A stretch of 64,000 nucleotides of DNA, from NCBI GenBank assembly GCA_045532505.1, contig JAZSGB010000070.1, forward strand, positions 7,941-71,940. Direction: 5' to 3'. Both the position numbers and the translations under genes were made by a program. Under the pieces are notes generated by a model, which was not told where the DNA came from, did not search any database, and saw only the letters and a program-made list of their open reading frames with translations. How positions within the stretch are numbered: the stretch's first letter is position 1; every line of letters begins with the position of its first letter. The DNA comes from Acutalibacteraceae bacterium (GTDB lineage Bacteria; Bacillota; Clostridia; Oscillospirales; Acutalibacteraceae). This document shows, one piece after another, positions 9,345 through 18,194 of the stretch.

Positions 9345-9485
9345 GCTGCCGGTCGCCAGCTGCCAGCTACCAGAGCTACGCAAAGTTAGGTAGAACAACT
9401 GTAAGGGCGGGATTGTAGCCCGCCCGAAAGCAAAGAAAAACAACGGGACGGCTGAAATGAAGTCCCTTACAAGGTTCGCAGGATA
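9345..9485 (-). repeat. GC-rich hairpin-module intergenic repeat, copy B (inverted relative to copy A)
   Basis: The reverse complement of 9345-9474 matches 2130-2257 except for a small indel or substitution patch in one hairpin loop. Confidence 0.9.
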
Positions 9486-9533
9486 GCCGTTAGCAAAAAT
9501 CAATTAGCTGCCGGAGCGTCGCAAGGAAATAAT

Positions 9534-9567
9534 AAAGGATAGTACATCACTTGATGTGCTATCCTTT
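9534..9567. terminator. bidirectional terminator hairpin
   Basis: Stem aaaggatagtacatca / tgatgtgctatccttt, flanked by an A-run and a T-run. Confidence 0.5.
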
Positions 9568-9575
9568 TGCTTTTA

Positions 9576-11102
9576 TTACAGCTCTATTGTTTTTTTATTG
9601 CCCTCGCCCCAGATAATTTCTAAGGTTACAGGGATATTTGATTTTGCTGTTATTTGTGGCTCTGCAGCTTCGTTTTCACGGGCATCGCATATAAGGGTAA
9701 GCTCACCGTCAACACCAAAGGGGTATTTTTCTACACCGTGGCGCTCTGTACGGTTTACATGCCACTCAATTTTATTGTTTGAAGCATCCGGCTTTATACC
9801 GAAAACATACTCAAACATTACAGAAATAGGAATAAGACCTGTCCAGCCTACAAAATTAGGCATTGAGGAGCTACCCCTTGTAAACTCACCGTCTGTTGTT
9901 TCGGGAGCGTAGTTTTCAAAAAGAGTGCCTGTATTTTTAAACACCTCAACTGCTGCATCAAGATGTGTGCAGGCAATTTCGTAGGAGAGGTCGTATTTTC
10001 CGTAATTATCAAGACCTTTAAGCACCATATAGTTTGTTGGCGCCCATACAGAGCCACACCAATAGCCACCCTTTGGATTATATTCGGGGTGGTCCTTTGA
10101 AAGAGTGGGTACCCTGTGCTCGGTCTTAAATTCATTTTCGTTATTAAGGTGGGCAATAAAGCTTTCGCTCCTGTCAGCAGGCACACACCTTGCAAGGAGT
10201 GCCCAAAATGCACCTATATGCTTTACGCCGTTAAAGGTATCGTCATTTTTAAGGTCGTAGTAGAACTTTGTTTTTTCATCCCACAGTTTTTGGTTTATAA
10301 CCTTAAAAAGATGGTCGCTTTCTGCCTGAAGCTCGGGTATAAACTCTTCCCTGCCAAGCTCCTTTGCCATTTTTATGAGAAGGTTGCAGGCATTAAGCTC
10401 CTGCATACAAGCATCCACCCACACCATATGACCGTGGCTGTAGCAAACATGGTACTTTTCATCAAGACGAGGGCAGTTATCCATACCACAGCCGTAGCCC
10501 GATGAAAAATATGTACCGTCGCGCCAGGTAAAATGCTCCTGCATCCATTGGTGGTATGCAACAAGGCAAGGGAACACCCTTGAAAGCCTATTTTTATCAC
10601 CAAAGTTAAGGTAATACTCCCATTCGCACCAGGTCATAACCTCAGGGCCTGTTGATGATGGGTCGTGGCGTGGAAAAATATCCTTTCCATCCTCCTCATC
10701 AATCTGACGGCATATAAAGCCGTCAACGTGCTGATGAGCATAAAAATTATCAAAGGTTTCCTGAAACTTGAAGATTCTGTCGGCATATTTTCCGAACATA
10801 AGCATAAAAGCAGAATCCCACATAAAGATACATGCGCTGAAGGCTGCATCTATATAACGGCTTACAAAACCGTTTTCCTTTGTGGGCATACCAAGATTAC
10901 CGAAAGCAATTTCCCAAGCCTTCCAATAGCAATCAAGGTAATCGCTGTGATTATCCCACAGGGGCTGAGGCAGGCTACCCTTTATATCCTCAAATTTCGG
11001 AATAGGGGTCATATCCGGCTCAGCGCCTATAAAGGAATTTTCTTCCATTAACTCCTTATCATCATATGTGATTTCGCTGTTTTGTTTAAATATACCTGCC
11101 AT
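9576..11102 (-). CDS. (alpha/alpha)6-barrel glycoside hydrolase, GH63 / MGH1-like (trehalase superfamily)
   Basis: FMWDSAF and GCGMDNCPR motifs typical of GH63-like enzymes, plus GYWCGSVWAPTNY near the C-terminus. It starts 4 nt after the uxaC stop. Confidence 0.55.
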   Translation of the reverse strand: MAGIFKQNSEITYDDKELMEENSFIGAEPDMTPIPKFEDIKGSLPQPLWDNHSDYLDCYWKAWEIAFGNLGMPTKENGFVSRYIDAAFSACIFMWDSAFMLMFGKYADRIFKFQETFDNFYAHQHVDGFICRQIDEEDGKDIFPRHDPSSTGPEVMTWCEWEYYLNFGDKNRLSRVFPCLVAYHQWMQEHFTWRDGTYFSSGYGCGMDNCPRLDEKYHVCYSHGHMVWVDACMQELNACNLLIKMAKELGREEFIPELQAESDHLFKVINQKLWDEKTKFYYDLKNDDTFNGVKHIGAFWALLARCVPADRSESFIAHLNNENEFKTEHRVPTLSKDHPEYNPKGGYWCGSVWAPTNYMVLKGLDNYGKYDLSYEIACTHLDAAVEVFKNTGTLFENYAPETTDGEFTRGSSSMPNFVGWTGLIPISVMFEYVFGIKPDASNNKIEWHVNRTERHGVEKYPFGVDGELTLICDARENEAAEPQITAKSNIPVTLEIIWGEGNKKTIEL

Positions 11103-11105
11103 ACC

Positions 11106-12503
11106 TTACACTCCGAAATATTTTACTGCATTGTTAAAGGAAATATCCTGCACTACCTTTGAAAGGAAATCAATATCTGCAGGGTATTTGCCCTCTTCAA
11201 CAAGGTCGCCTAAAAGCTCGCAAAGTATTCTACGGAAATATTCGTGGCGTGGGTATGAAAGAAAGCTTCTTGAGTCGGTAATCATACCAACAAATTTTGA
11301 TATTACGCCAAGATTCATAAGTGTTTGCATCTGTGTGCGCATACCGTCGTAGTTATCGTTAAACCACCAGGCAGAGCCAAACTGAATCTTTGATTCTGCT
11401 TCATCTGACTGGAAGTTGCCAAGCATTGTGCCAAGCACATAGTTATCCTTCGGATTAAGTGTGAAAAGCACGGTTTTCGGAAGACCTGCGCCACAAAGCA
11501 TAGCATCTAAAAGTCTTGAAAGGCTTACTGCAATTTCATAATCGGCAACTGAATCATAGCCTGTATCGGGGCCAAGCTTTTTAAACATTACGCCGTTGTT
11601 GTTTCGCATAGCGCCAATGTGAATTTCCATACCCCAGCCAAGGCGATTATATTCGCCTGCAAGGAAAAGCATAAGCTCTGTTTTGTATTTATCAATTTCA
11701 TCCTTTGAGAGTGCTTCGCCATTAAGCTGACGAGCAAAAATTGCATTTAACTCCTCTTCCCCTGCCCTGTTATATGGCACATAGGTAAAGGCGTGGTCGG
11801 ATGCTCTGCAGCCCATTTCTGCAAAGAATTCAATTCTTTCAAGCAAAGCCTTTTTAAGCTCTGTGAAGGATGTAACACTTCTGCCTATTACGTTTTCAAG
11901 TGCTGCCACCCAATCGTTGTATCCGGGCAGCTCGATGCCCAAGGCTTTATCCGGACGGAATGCAGGAAGCACCTTACACTTAAATGACTTATCCTCAGCT
12001 AAAAGCTTGTGGTATTCCAGTGTATCTGCAGCATCGTCTGTAGTGCAAACAAAGGCTACGTTACTCTTTTCTATAAGCTCCCTTGGAGTAAAGCCACCTG
12101 CTTTAATTTTTGCATTTGCTCTTTCCCAGATATCATCACAGGTAGCAGGTGAAAGAGGCTCGTAAATATCAAAATAACGCTGTAATTCAAGGTGAGTCCA
12201 ATGGTAAAGCGGGTTGCCGATTAAATTAGGCATAGCACTTGCCCAAGCCTTAAATTTTTCGTAGTGTGATTTATCGCCTGTTATATACTCCTCGCTTATA
12301 CCACAGGAGCGCATACCTCTCCACTTATAGTGGTCGCCACCGAGCCAAAGCTCTGCAATATCAGAAGGCTGATTATTTTCGTAAATCTCCTTTGGTTGAA
12401 GATGGCAATGCCAGTCAAAAATAGGAGTATTTTCACAAGCAGCATAGAGCTTTTTTGCTGTTTCGGTTGAAAGCAAAAAGTCCTTATCCATAAATTTTTT
12501 CAT
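11106..12503 (-). CDS. uxaC: glucuronate isomerase
   Basis: N-terminus FLLSTETAKKLY...PIFDWHCHL, a length of 465 aa, and overall UxaC-like sequence. Confidence 0.9.
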   Translation of the reverse strand: MKKFMDKDFLLSTETAKKLYAACENTPIFDWHCHLQPKEIYENNQPSDIAELWLGGDHYKWRGMRSCGISEEYITGDKSHYEKFKAWASAMPNLIGNPLYHWTHLELQRYFDIYEPLSPATCDDIWERANAKIKAGGFTPRELIEKSNVAFVCTTDDAADTLEYHKLLAEDKSFKCKVLPAFRPDKALGIELPGYNDWVAALENVIGRSVTSFTELKKALLERIEFFAEMGCRASDHAFTYVPYNRAGEEELNAIFARQLNGEALSKDEIDKYKTELMLFLAGEYNRLGWGMEIHIGAMRNNNGVMFKKLGPDTGYDSVADYEIAVSLSRLLDAMLCGAGLPKTVLFTLNPKDNYVLGTMLGNFQSDEAESKIQFGSAWWFNDNYDGMRTQMQTLMNLGVISKFVGMITDSRSFLSYPRHEYFRRILCELLGDLVEEGKYPADIDFLSKVVQDISFNNAVKYFGV

Positions 12504-12570
12504 TACAAATCCTCCGAAAGATTTTATAAAGTTTTACATAAGTATATTATCACACAAATATATACTTTTC

Positions 12571-12605
12571 AATTAATAATATGAAAACAATTTTCATTAT
12601 TAATT
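12571..12605. promoter_or_regulatory. AT-rich inverted repeat in the divergent uxaC / membrane-gene intergenic region (candidate operator)
   Basis: aattaataatatgaaaa - caa - ttttcattattaatt (15-17 bp arms, one indel). Confidence 0.3.
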
Positions 12606-12639
12606 CACAAATATTACAAATTTAGGCACAAAAATTACA
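12606..12639 (+). promoter_or_regulatory. two 13-nt direct repeats with 21-bp phasing (candidate LytTR response-regulator site)
   Basis: cacaaatattaca (12606-12618) and cacaaaaattaca (12627-12639) are 12/13 identical. They lie just upstream of the extended -10 TGcTATGAT (12665-12673). Confidence 0.35.
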
Positions 12640-12697
12640 TTTAACTCATTCGTTCCTTCCTTTTTGCTATGATGAAATCAGAAAAGGAGATGGTTTA

Positions 12698-13036
12698 ATG
12701 AAAAATAAATCTGATAATTTTAACGAACTGAAATATTTTTGTATATCCACAGTATCTATTTATTGTTTATCCTTTGTTCTTTTTGCACTCGGTGTTATTA
12801 CACAACTTTTTGGTTATGGTCTTTTAATGCAATTTTCGGAAATTATAGAGATTTTTGTAACTTTCTTGTTTATTTTCTGTGGCACCCTTTCTCCCATATG
12901 GCTTTTAATTACAATAATATGGTGTTCCATCGTTTGTAAGCAAGAGCACACAATCAAGTATTTTTTTAAGCCTATAATTATTATAAATTTTTTGCTTTCA
13001 CTTATTTTTCCGTGCATTTTGCTGTCAGGCTTTTAA
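12698..13036 (+). CDS. small multi-pass membrane protein, short paralog of the two following genes
   Basis: Shares RBS context (aaaggagatggttt-ATG) and a C-terminal module (..KYFFKPIII..LLSGF versus ..RLYVNPLAV..VLTGF) with the 294-aa proteins. Confidence 0.6.
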   Translation: MKNKSDNFNELKYFCISTVSIYCLSFVLFALGVITQLFGYGLLMQFSEIIEIFVTFLFIFCGTLSPIWLLITIIWCSIVCKQEHTIKYFFKPIIIINFLLSLIFPCILLSGF

Positions 13037-13057
13037 TCAGTTAAAGGAGATGGTTTT

Positions 13058-13942
13058 ATGACAACATTAAAACGAAATAAACCATTGCAAATATTTTTAG
13101 GTGTTCTTTTTGCATCGTTGCTTCTTTTTGCTGGTTACCTTTTAGGTGAAACAATCACCTTCCCCGAAACTGATTTTTGGAATATTGCAGAACCAATTAT
13201 TTTAGTTGCATATATGCTTGTTTATATGGCATTTTTATCGCTCATAGCAATTTTTTCAAAATCCTATGATATGGGCTTTTTGTATTATCCGGCATTTGCT
13301 GTTTGCCTTACAAGTGTATTATCTGCTTTCCTGGACAGAAATATAGAAGATTCCATATGGCGTTACTTTATGCCACTAACAAGGCTTTTGGGTGCTCCAC
13401 TCCGTGCTGTTGCAAAAGCTATAGAAAAAAGAAGCCTCACCTATTCTGTAACCGTTAAAGAATACGGCTACGAAGCGTATGACTATGAGAGAGCCTTGCT
13501 TGGGGAAACTGATGTAATAGTAATATTCCTTATACTTACATTTATTTCTTTAATAGCATACCAGCTTTATACTGAAACGCAGGAACACAGCACAAAGAAA
13601 GCTCTTTGGCGCCTTGAGGGTACTGCCCGCACAGTCTCCATTGTAACAATAATCGCTTCCGGCGTTTTTTGGCTCATTATGGGTTTGGTTTATATTCTGC
13701 CTTATTGTTATTCGGATATTTTAGGTATGGTGATAGGATATTTCTTTTTGTCGTCTACAATGTTTGCTTTGCCTGTTATTGTTCCCATTGTGGTCAATGG
13801 CTATGTATTCAAAGAGGCTATCAGCCAGGCTCGTTTTCATTCAAACCCTCGTTTATACGTAAACCCACTTGCTGTTTCAGCGCTGATTCTATCCGTTTCA
13901 GTTTCCGTAACAGTAATTTATACCGTTCTGACAGGATTTTAA
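13058..13942 (+). CDS. uncharacterised multi-pass membrane protein, paralog 1 (294 aa)
   Basis: About 7-8 hydrophobic segments and a good RBS. I recognise no family. Confidence 0.7.
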   Translation: MTTLKRNKPLQIFLGVLFASLLLFAGYLLGETITFPETDFWNIAEPIILVAYMLVYMAFLSLIAIFSKSYDMGFLYYPAFAVCLTSVLSAFLDRNIEDSIWRYFMPLTRLLGAPLRAVAKAIEKRSLTYSVTVKEYGYEAYDYERALLGETDVIVIFLILTFISLIAYQLYTETQEHSTKKALWRLEGTARTVSIVTIIASGVFWLIMGLVYILPYCYSDILGMVIGYFFLSSTMFALPVIVPIVVNGYVFKEAISQARFHSNPRLYVNPLAVSALILSVSVSVTVIYTVLTGF

Positions 13943-13969
13943 TTTTTCAACTTACAAGGAGCTGGTTAT

Positions 13970-14854
13970 ATGACAACTCTTAAAAACAACAAGAAACTAC
14001 AATTGTTTATAAGCTTGGCTTCAGGTGGTCTGCTTTTGTTTGCAGGTTACCTTTTAGGTGAAACAATCACCTTCCCCGAAACTGATTTTTGGAATATTGC
14101 AGAACCAATTATTTTAGTTTCTTATATGCTTGTTTATATGGCTTTTTTATCACTCATAGCAATTTTTTCAAAATCTAACGATTTAAAGTTAATGTATTAC
14201 CCTGCATTTGCAGTTTGTGCCACAAGCGTAATTTCTGCTTTTATTTATTGGTGCGTTGAGGAGTCCTTTTTGCTTTTTCTTTTTCCTCTTACATTACCCT
14301 TTTCTGTGCCGGTGCGAGCATTTTCGCAAGCGTTAGAGAAAGCAACCACCTACACTGTTACAGTTGATGACGGTCAATTTGGAAGTTATACGTATGATGA
14401 AACCGTGCTTTATGAGCACCGTGTTATTATAATTCTTTTCATACTCTCACTTATATCCGTAGCAGTATACCAGCTTTATACAGAAACTGAAGAGCACATT
14501 ACCCAAAAGTCGAAGTGGCATATTGCAGGTCCTGCCCGTAAAATCTCTCTTGGTATGATTTTCTCGTATGGTGGCTACATTGCTTTTTCTTTAATATGCA
14601 GCATTCTCCCCGGTGGCGACATTTCAGACACCTTATGGGTTATACAGGCGATAATATCAATAACTGCAAGTTGGCTTCTTCTTCCTCTTATTCTTCCTTT
14701 TGCACTAAACATATACTTAATTTCTGAACTGCAAAAAGAAGTAAAAGAGTGTTCAAATAAGCGATTATATTTTAATCCGTTAGTTATATTAGCAATAATC
14801 TTATCTGTTATCGGCTCAATAACCACATTTCAAACTATGTTAGCTTGCTTTTAA
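13970..14854 (+). CDS. uncharacterised multi-pass membrane protein, paralog 2 (294 aa)
   Basis: Same length and architecture as 13058-13942. It contains a ~130-nt block nearly identical to the first copy. Confidence 0.7.
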   Translation: MTTLKNNKKLQLFISLASGGLLLFAGYLLGETITFPETDFWNIAEPIILVSYMLVYMAFLSLIAIFSKSNDLKLMYYPAFAVCATSVISAFIYWCVEESFLLFLFPLTLPFSVPVRAFSQALEKATTYTVTVDDGQFGSYTYDETVLYEHRVIIILFILSLISVAVYQLYTETEEHITQKSKWHIAGPARKISLGMIFSYGGYIAFSLICSILPGGDISDTLWVIQAIISITASWLLLPLILPFALNIYLISELQKEVKECSNKRLYFNPLVILAIILSVIGSITTFQTMLACF

Positions 14855-14857
14855 ATA

Positions 14858-14886
14858 TTGAAAATATGTACAATATGTAGTAATAT
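14858..14886 (+). promoter_or_regulatory. sigma-A promoter for the two-component operon
   Basis: TTGAAA - 17 nt - TAATAT. The spacer contains atatgta twice. Confidence 0.55.
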
Positions 14887-14915
14887 GAAAGCAAACCACG
14901 GCAAGGAGGACAAAA

Positions 14916-15626
14916 ATGCTTAGTATTGCAATTTGCGATGATGAAAAACACATATGCGATTATTTAGAAAAACGAACACGCAACCACCTTGCTGTAAACG
15001 ATATTGAAGCAACGGTACAGACCTTTTATGACGGAGCCGATTTACTCTCTGCCTGCGAGAAAAACACGACAGAATTTGATATAATTTTTCTCGATATAAA
15101 AATGAAAACCACAAATGGTGTTGAATGTGCAAAACTGCTTCGCAGCGAGGGTGTAAATGCTTTAATTGTTTTTGTTACATCCTCTGCAGAGTATGTTTTT
15201 TCAGGCTACGAGGCAAAGGCCTTCAGGTATATTCTGAAAACCGACCTTGAAAACGCCTTTGACCGTATTCTCACCGACTGCCTTGTGGAATTAAAAAAGC
15301 AAGCAACCGATTTTTATACCGTTAAAACTGCTTCGTTTGTAAAAAATATTTCCCTTGACGAAATATTTTATTTTGAAAGTAAGCTACGTGTAATCGTTAT
15401 CCACACAAAAAACGAAGATATTTCTTTTTACGGCAAGCTTGATAATATTGAAAAAGAGCTTGCAGAAAAGGATTTTATCCGTATTCACCAAAGCTTTCTC
15501 GTTAATGCCTCGAAAATTAAGGCTCTCAACAAGGCTTCGGCTGAGCTTACCTGCAGCATTACACTCCCTGTAAGCAAAAGCAAGGCTACAGCAGTTAAAC
15601 AGGCGTTCCTGTGGTCTAAAAGGTGA
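14916..15626 (+). CDS. LytR/AlgR-family response regulator (REC + LytTR DNA-binding domain)
   Basis: Receiver motifs (ICDDE..., FLDIKM) and a C-terminal LytTR-like segment (FIRIHQSFLVN). Confidence 0.85.
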   Translation: MLSIAICDDEKHICDYLEKRTRNHLAVNDIEATVQTFYDGADLLSACEKNTTEFDIIFLDIKMKTTNGVECAKLLRSEGVNALIVFVTSSAEYVFSGYEAKAFRYILKTDLENAFDRILTDCLVELKKQATDFYTVKTASFVKNISLDEIFYFESKLRVIVIHTKNEDISFYGKLDNIEKELAEKDFIRIHQSFLVNASKIKALNKASAELTCSITLPVSKSKATAVKQAFLWSKR

Positions 15627-16963
15627 TGTATATGATAGAATTTATTGAAACCACTCTCTTTTACCTTATAAGATTCTTTTCATCTACAATTGAAATGGTT
15701 TTTGCATTTCTTATGATGAATGTTTTCTTTGAGAAAAAATACACCTCTAAGCTACCCAATGCCATAGCATTTATTTTAAGCTCGGGCATACTTCTTGCCT
15801 TGCAGGAAACAGGGCAAAGCGGTAACCTGAAAACTCTTGTGCAAACCCTGTTGATTTTGTGCGTTGTTTTTGCTTTATATGACGGTAAAAAAAGGTTAAA
15901 GGCTTTCTTTTTTATTGCCTACTCTTTATTTATTGCTTTATCCAAGCTGCTTTCGTACTTTGCTTTTTCTTTTATTATAGATAAGGCAATCGGCACTATT
16001 CCATACCTTACAGAAGAAAGCTTTTTCTACAGAATACTATCTATTGAGCTACCAAACATCTTTATGCTGGTAATGATTATTCTGATGGGTCTGTTTACAA
16101 AATCAAAAAACAAGAGCGTACCCCTCAGATACTGGCTGCTTTTGTTCATAGTACCGTTAACCACCTTGGGCACACTTACAGTTTATCAGTATTATATAGA
16201 CCGTCTTGCCCCCGGCGAAGAAATTAATGCTTACATAATAATTTCAACAATTGGCCTTGTTTTTATAAACATATTAATATTCTTCCTTTTTTCAAAGCTG
16301 CAAAATCAATTGGAGCTGCAAAAAAATCAAATTATAATCAGCACACAGATGCGCCTTGAAAAACTCTCGTTCCAAAAAATGGAAGAAAGCTATAACAGAA
16401 CAAGAGAGCTTCGCCACGATTTAAAAAACCATATATTATCATTAAGAGGTATTGCCGAAAACGGCACAAAAGAGCAGCTTTTAGAATACCTTGACAAAAT
16501 GACAGATGCTGTTGAGGAAGCAACATATATATCTGTTAGTAAAAACTCGGCTGTGGATGCTATAATAAACGAAAAAATGCTTTTGGCACAAAAAAACAGT
16601 ATAGCTACACACTTTGATATTGCACCTTTAGATAGTGAGAATGTACCAAGCATGGATATTTGCACCATACTCAGCAACGCACTGGATAACGCTATTGAAG
16701 CCTGTGTTAAAATAGAAAACCCTTCCGAAAGGTACATAAATGTAAAAATCACTACAGAAAACGGAATTTTTATATCTGTTGTAAATCCATCAGTTGAAGC
16801 ACCTAAAAAACGTGCAGGTATTTATATAAGCAGCAAGAAGGATACAGTTAACCACGGCTTAGGCTTAAAAAGCATTAGAAGAACTGTTGATAAGCACAAC
16901 GGCGATATACTCATAAAATACGAAAACGGCACATTTACACTTATTGCAGAATTGCCTATATAA
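15623..16963 (+). CDS. AgrC/ComD-like (HPK10-type) membrane sensor histidine kinase
   Basis: N-terminal polytopic membrane domain, H-box RELRHDLKNHILSL, N-box LSNALDNAIEA, G-box NHGLGLKSI. The start overlaps the regulator stop. Confidence 0.85.
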   Translation: MMYMIEFIETTLFYLIRFFSSTIEMVFAFLMMNVFFEKKYTSKLPNAIAFILSSGILLALQETGQSGNLKTLVQTLLILCVVFALYDGKKRLKAFFFIAYSLFIALSKLLSYFAFSFIIDKAIGTIPYLTEESFFYRILSIELPNIFMLVMIILMGLFTKSKNKSVPLRYWLLLFIVPLTTLGTLTVYQYYIDRLAPGEEINAYIIISTIGLVFINILIFFLFSKLQNQLELQKNQIIISTQMRLEKLSFQKMEESYNRTRELRHDLKNHILSLRGIAENGTKEQLLEYLDKMTDAVEEATYISVSKNSAVDAIINEKMLLAQKNSIATHFDIAPLDSENVPSMDICTILSNALDNAIEACVKIENPSERYINVKITTENGIFISVVNPSVEAPKKRAGIYISSKKDTVNHGLGLKSIRRTVDKHNGDILIKYENGTFTLIAELPI

Positions 16964-16967
16964 AAAC

Positions 16968-17003
16968 AAACGGTACCCGAAAGGTCTTTTTCGGGTACCG
17001 TTT
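16968..17003. terminator. bidirectional rho-independent terminator
   Basis: Perfect 15-bp stem aaacggtacccgaaa / tttcgggtaccgttt. Confidence 0.65.
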
Positions 17004-17013
17004 CTATTAACAG

Positions 17014-17466
17014 TTATAATCTGACTTTAAAAACTAATTTATGTGCAAAGTCTGCATTTTCGCTTTTTCTGCAGGGTGCGTGAGCATCTTCGGGGAAGAA
17101 TACCATAAAATAGCCTTTTCTTAATGCAAAAAGCTGACCGTTCGGAGCATCCATAAATGCAATATCACAGCCTTCTTTAAAGTCCTCTGTAATAGTACAT
17201 TCCTTAAAATTTGCCCAGCCGATGTTTTCTTCGCCATCTACCATAATCTGCACATCTGCATACTCTTTATGGGCTTCGTATTTAATAGGAGTGCCGTCTT
17301 CAACATTGTATTTTGCAACGTTGCACCACATATTATCCCCATCAATTTCTATTTTACCACTGTCAAATGGGTTTTTAAGAAAATCTGAAAGCACACTCTC
17401 AACCCTTGCAAATTTTGAGTTGCTGTCAAAATATACACTTAAATTTTCTATTTTATCGTAAATCAT
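17014..17466 (-). CDS. YhcH/YjgK/YiaL (DUF386) family protein
   Basis: 150 aa with a cupin-like sequence resembling this family (MIYDKIENL..., ..FFPEDAH.P). Confidence 0.55.
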   Translation of the reverse strand: MIYDKIENLSVYFDSNSKFARVESVLSDFLKNPFDSGKIEIDGDNMWCNVAKYNVEDGTPIKYEAHKEYADVQIMVDGEENIGWANFKECTITEDFKEGCDIAFMDAPNGQLFALRKGYFMVFFPEDAHAPCRKSENADFAHKLVFKVRL

Positions 17467-18164
17467 TCTTGCTCAGCCTCGCCAATCATAATAAGTCTTT
17501 TCTTCTTTTCATCTGCAGGGAGTGTGTAGTTATAAAGCACAGTCCACAAAATAATTGCTGCAAATAAAGCTGTGGTAAACCAAAAGCCTGAAGAAAGCTG
17601 CATTGCATCAATACTACCAAGCAACGAAATCCATCCACTGCCACCAACATCTGCAAGGGTAATATCGCCTGAAATGAAAGGCATTGCAACTACCTTGAAG
17701 CAGGTTGGCACCATAAGTGAAAAGCCTATACCTGCCACACAGGAATAAATAACCTTTCGGTTATCCTTTGCAGCTATGGCTGCTATTGCTGCTGCAAGTG
17801 CGCAAATTGCTACAAGCACAAGGGCAACAATAAATACAAAGAATGGAGCTATTACCGGCTCAAGCACCTTTAACAAGCGCTCGCTGTCGTTCTCTTTTGA
17901 AATTTCTTTTAGAATATCTGAGGTGCCTTGTGCATCATCGCCCAAAAGACCTGCTATAGAAATGCTTACACCAATATGGTCGGGTGCTTGACCGGATTCG
18001 TCAATTATATCACTTGCAGAGCTATTGCCCAAAGCGTGGGTAATATAAACAAACATCTGCGCTGCAGTTGACTGAATACGAACTAATACAAGTGGTGTGA
18101 AAATTAATACAGCAACAACAGCAATTGCAAGCAGAGCCGAAATAAGCTTATATGTTATTTTCAT
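17463..18164 (-). CDS. membrane protein of unknown function
   Basis: Several TM segments. Its stop overlaps the start of the downstream gene. I recognise no motif. Confidence 0.55.
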   Translation of the reverse strand: MKITYKLISALLAIAVVAVLIFTPLVLVRIQSTAAQMFVYITHALGNSSASDIIDESGQAPDHIGVSISIAGLLGDDAQGTSDILKEISKENDSERLLKVLEPVIAPFFVFIVALVLVAICALAAAIAAIAAKDNRKVIYSCVAGIGFSLMVPTCFKVVAMPFISGDITLADVGGSGWISLLGSIDAMQLSSGFWFTTALFAAIILWTVLYNYTLPADEKKKRLIMIGEAEQE

Positions 18165-18194
18165 AGTAAAAATCCTTTCAAAAAAGCTTTTTGA

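Noticed and set aside
2119-9485. The inverted ~130-bp repeats as ends of a composite transposon or genomic island.
   Set aside because: There is no transposase, integrase or target duplication. The enclosed DNA carries rnpB and ordinary core-type genes. A dispersed intergenic repeat family is the simpler explanation.
12698-16963. A complete Agr-type quorum-sensing locus.
   Set aside because: Only the AgrC/AgrA-like pair is present. None of the three upstream membrane proteins resembles AgrB, and no AgrD-like short peptide ORF is evident.
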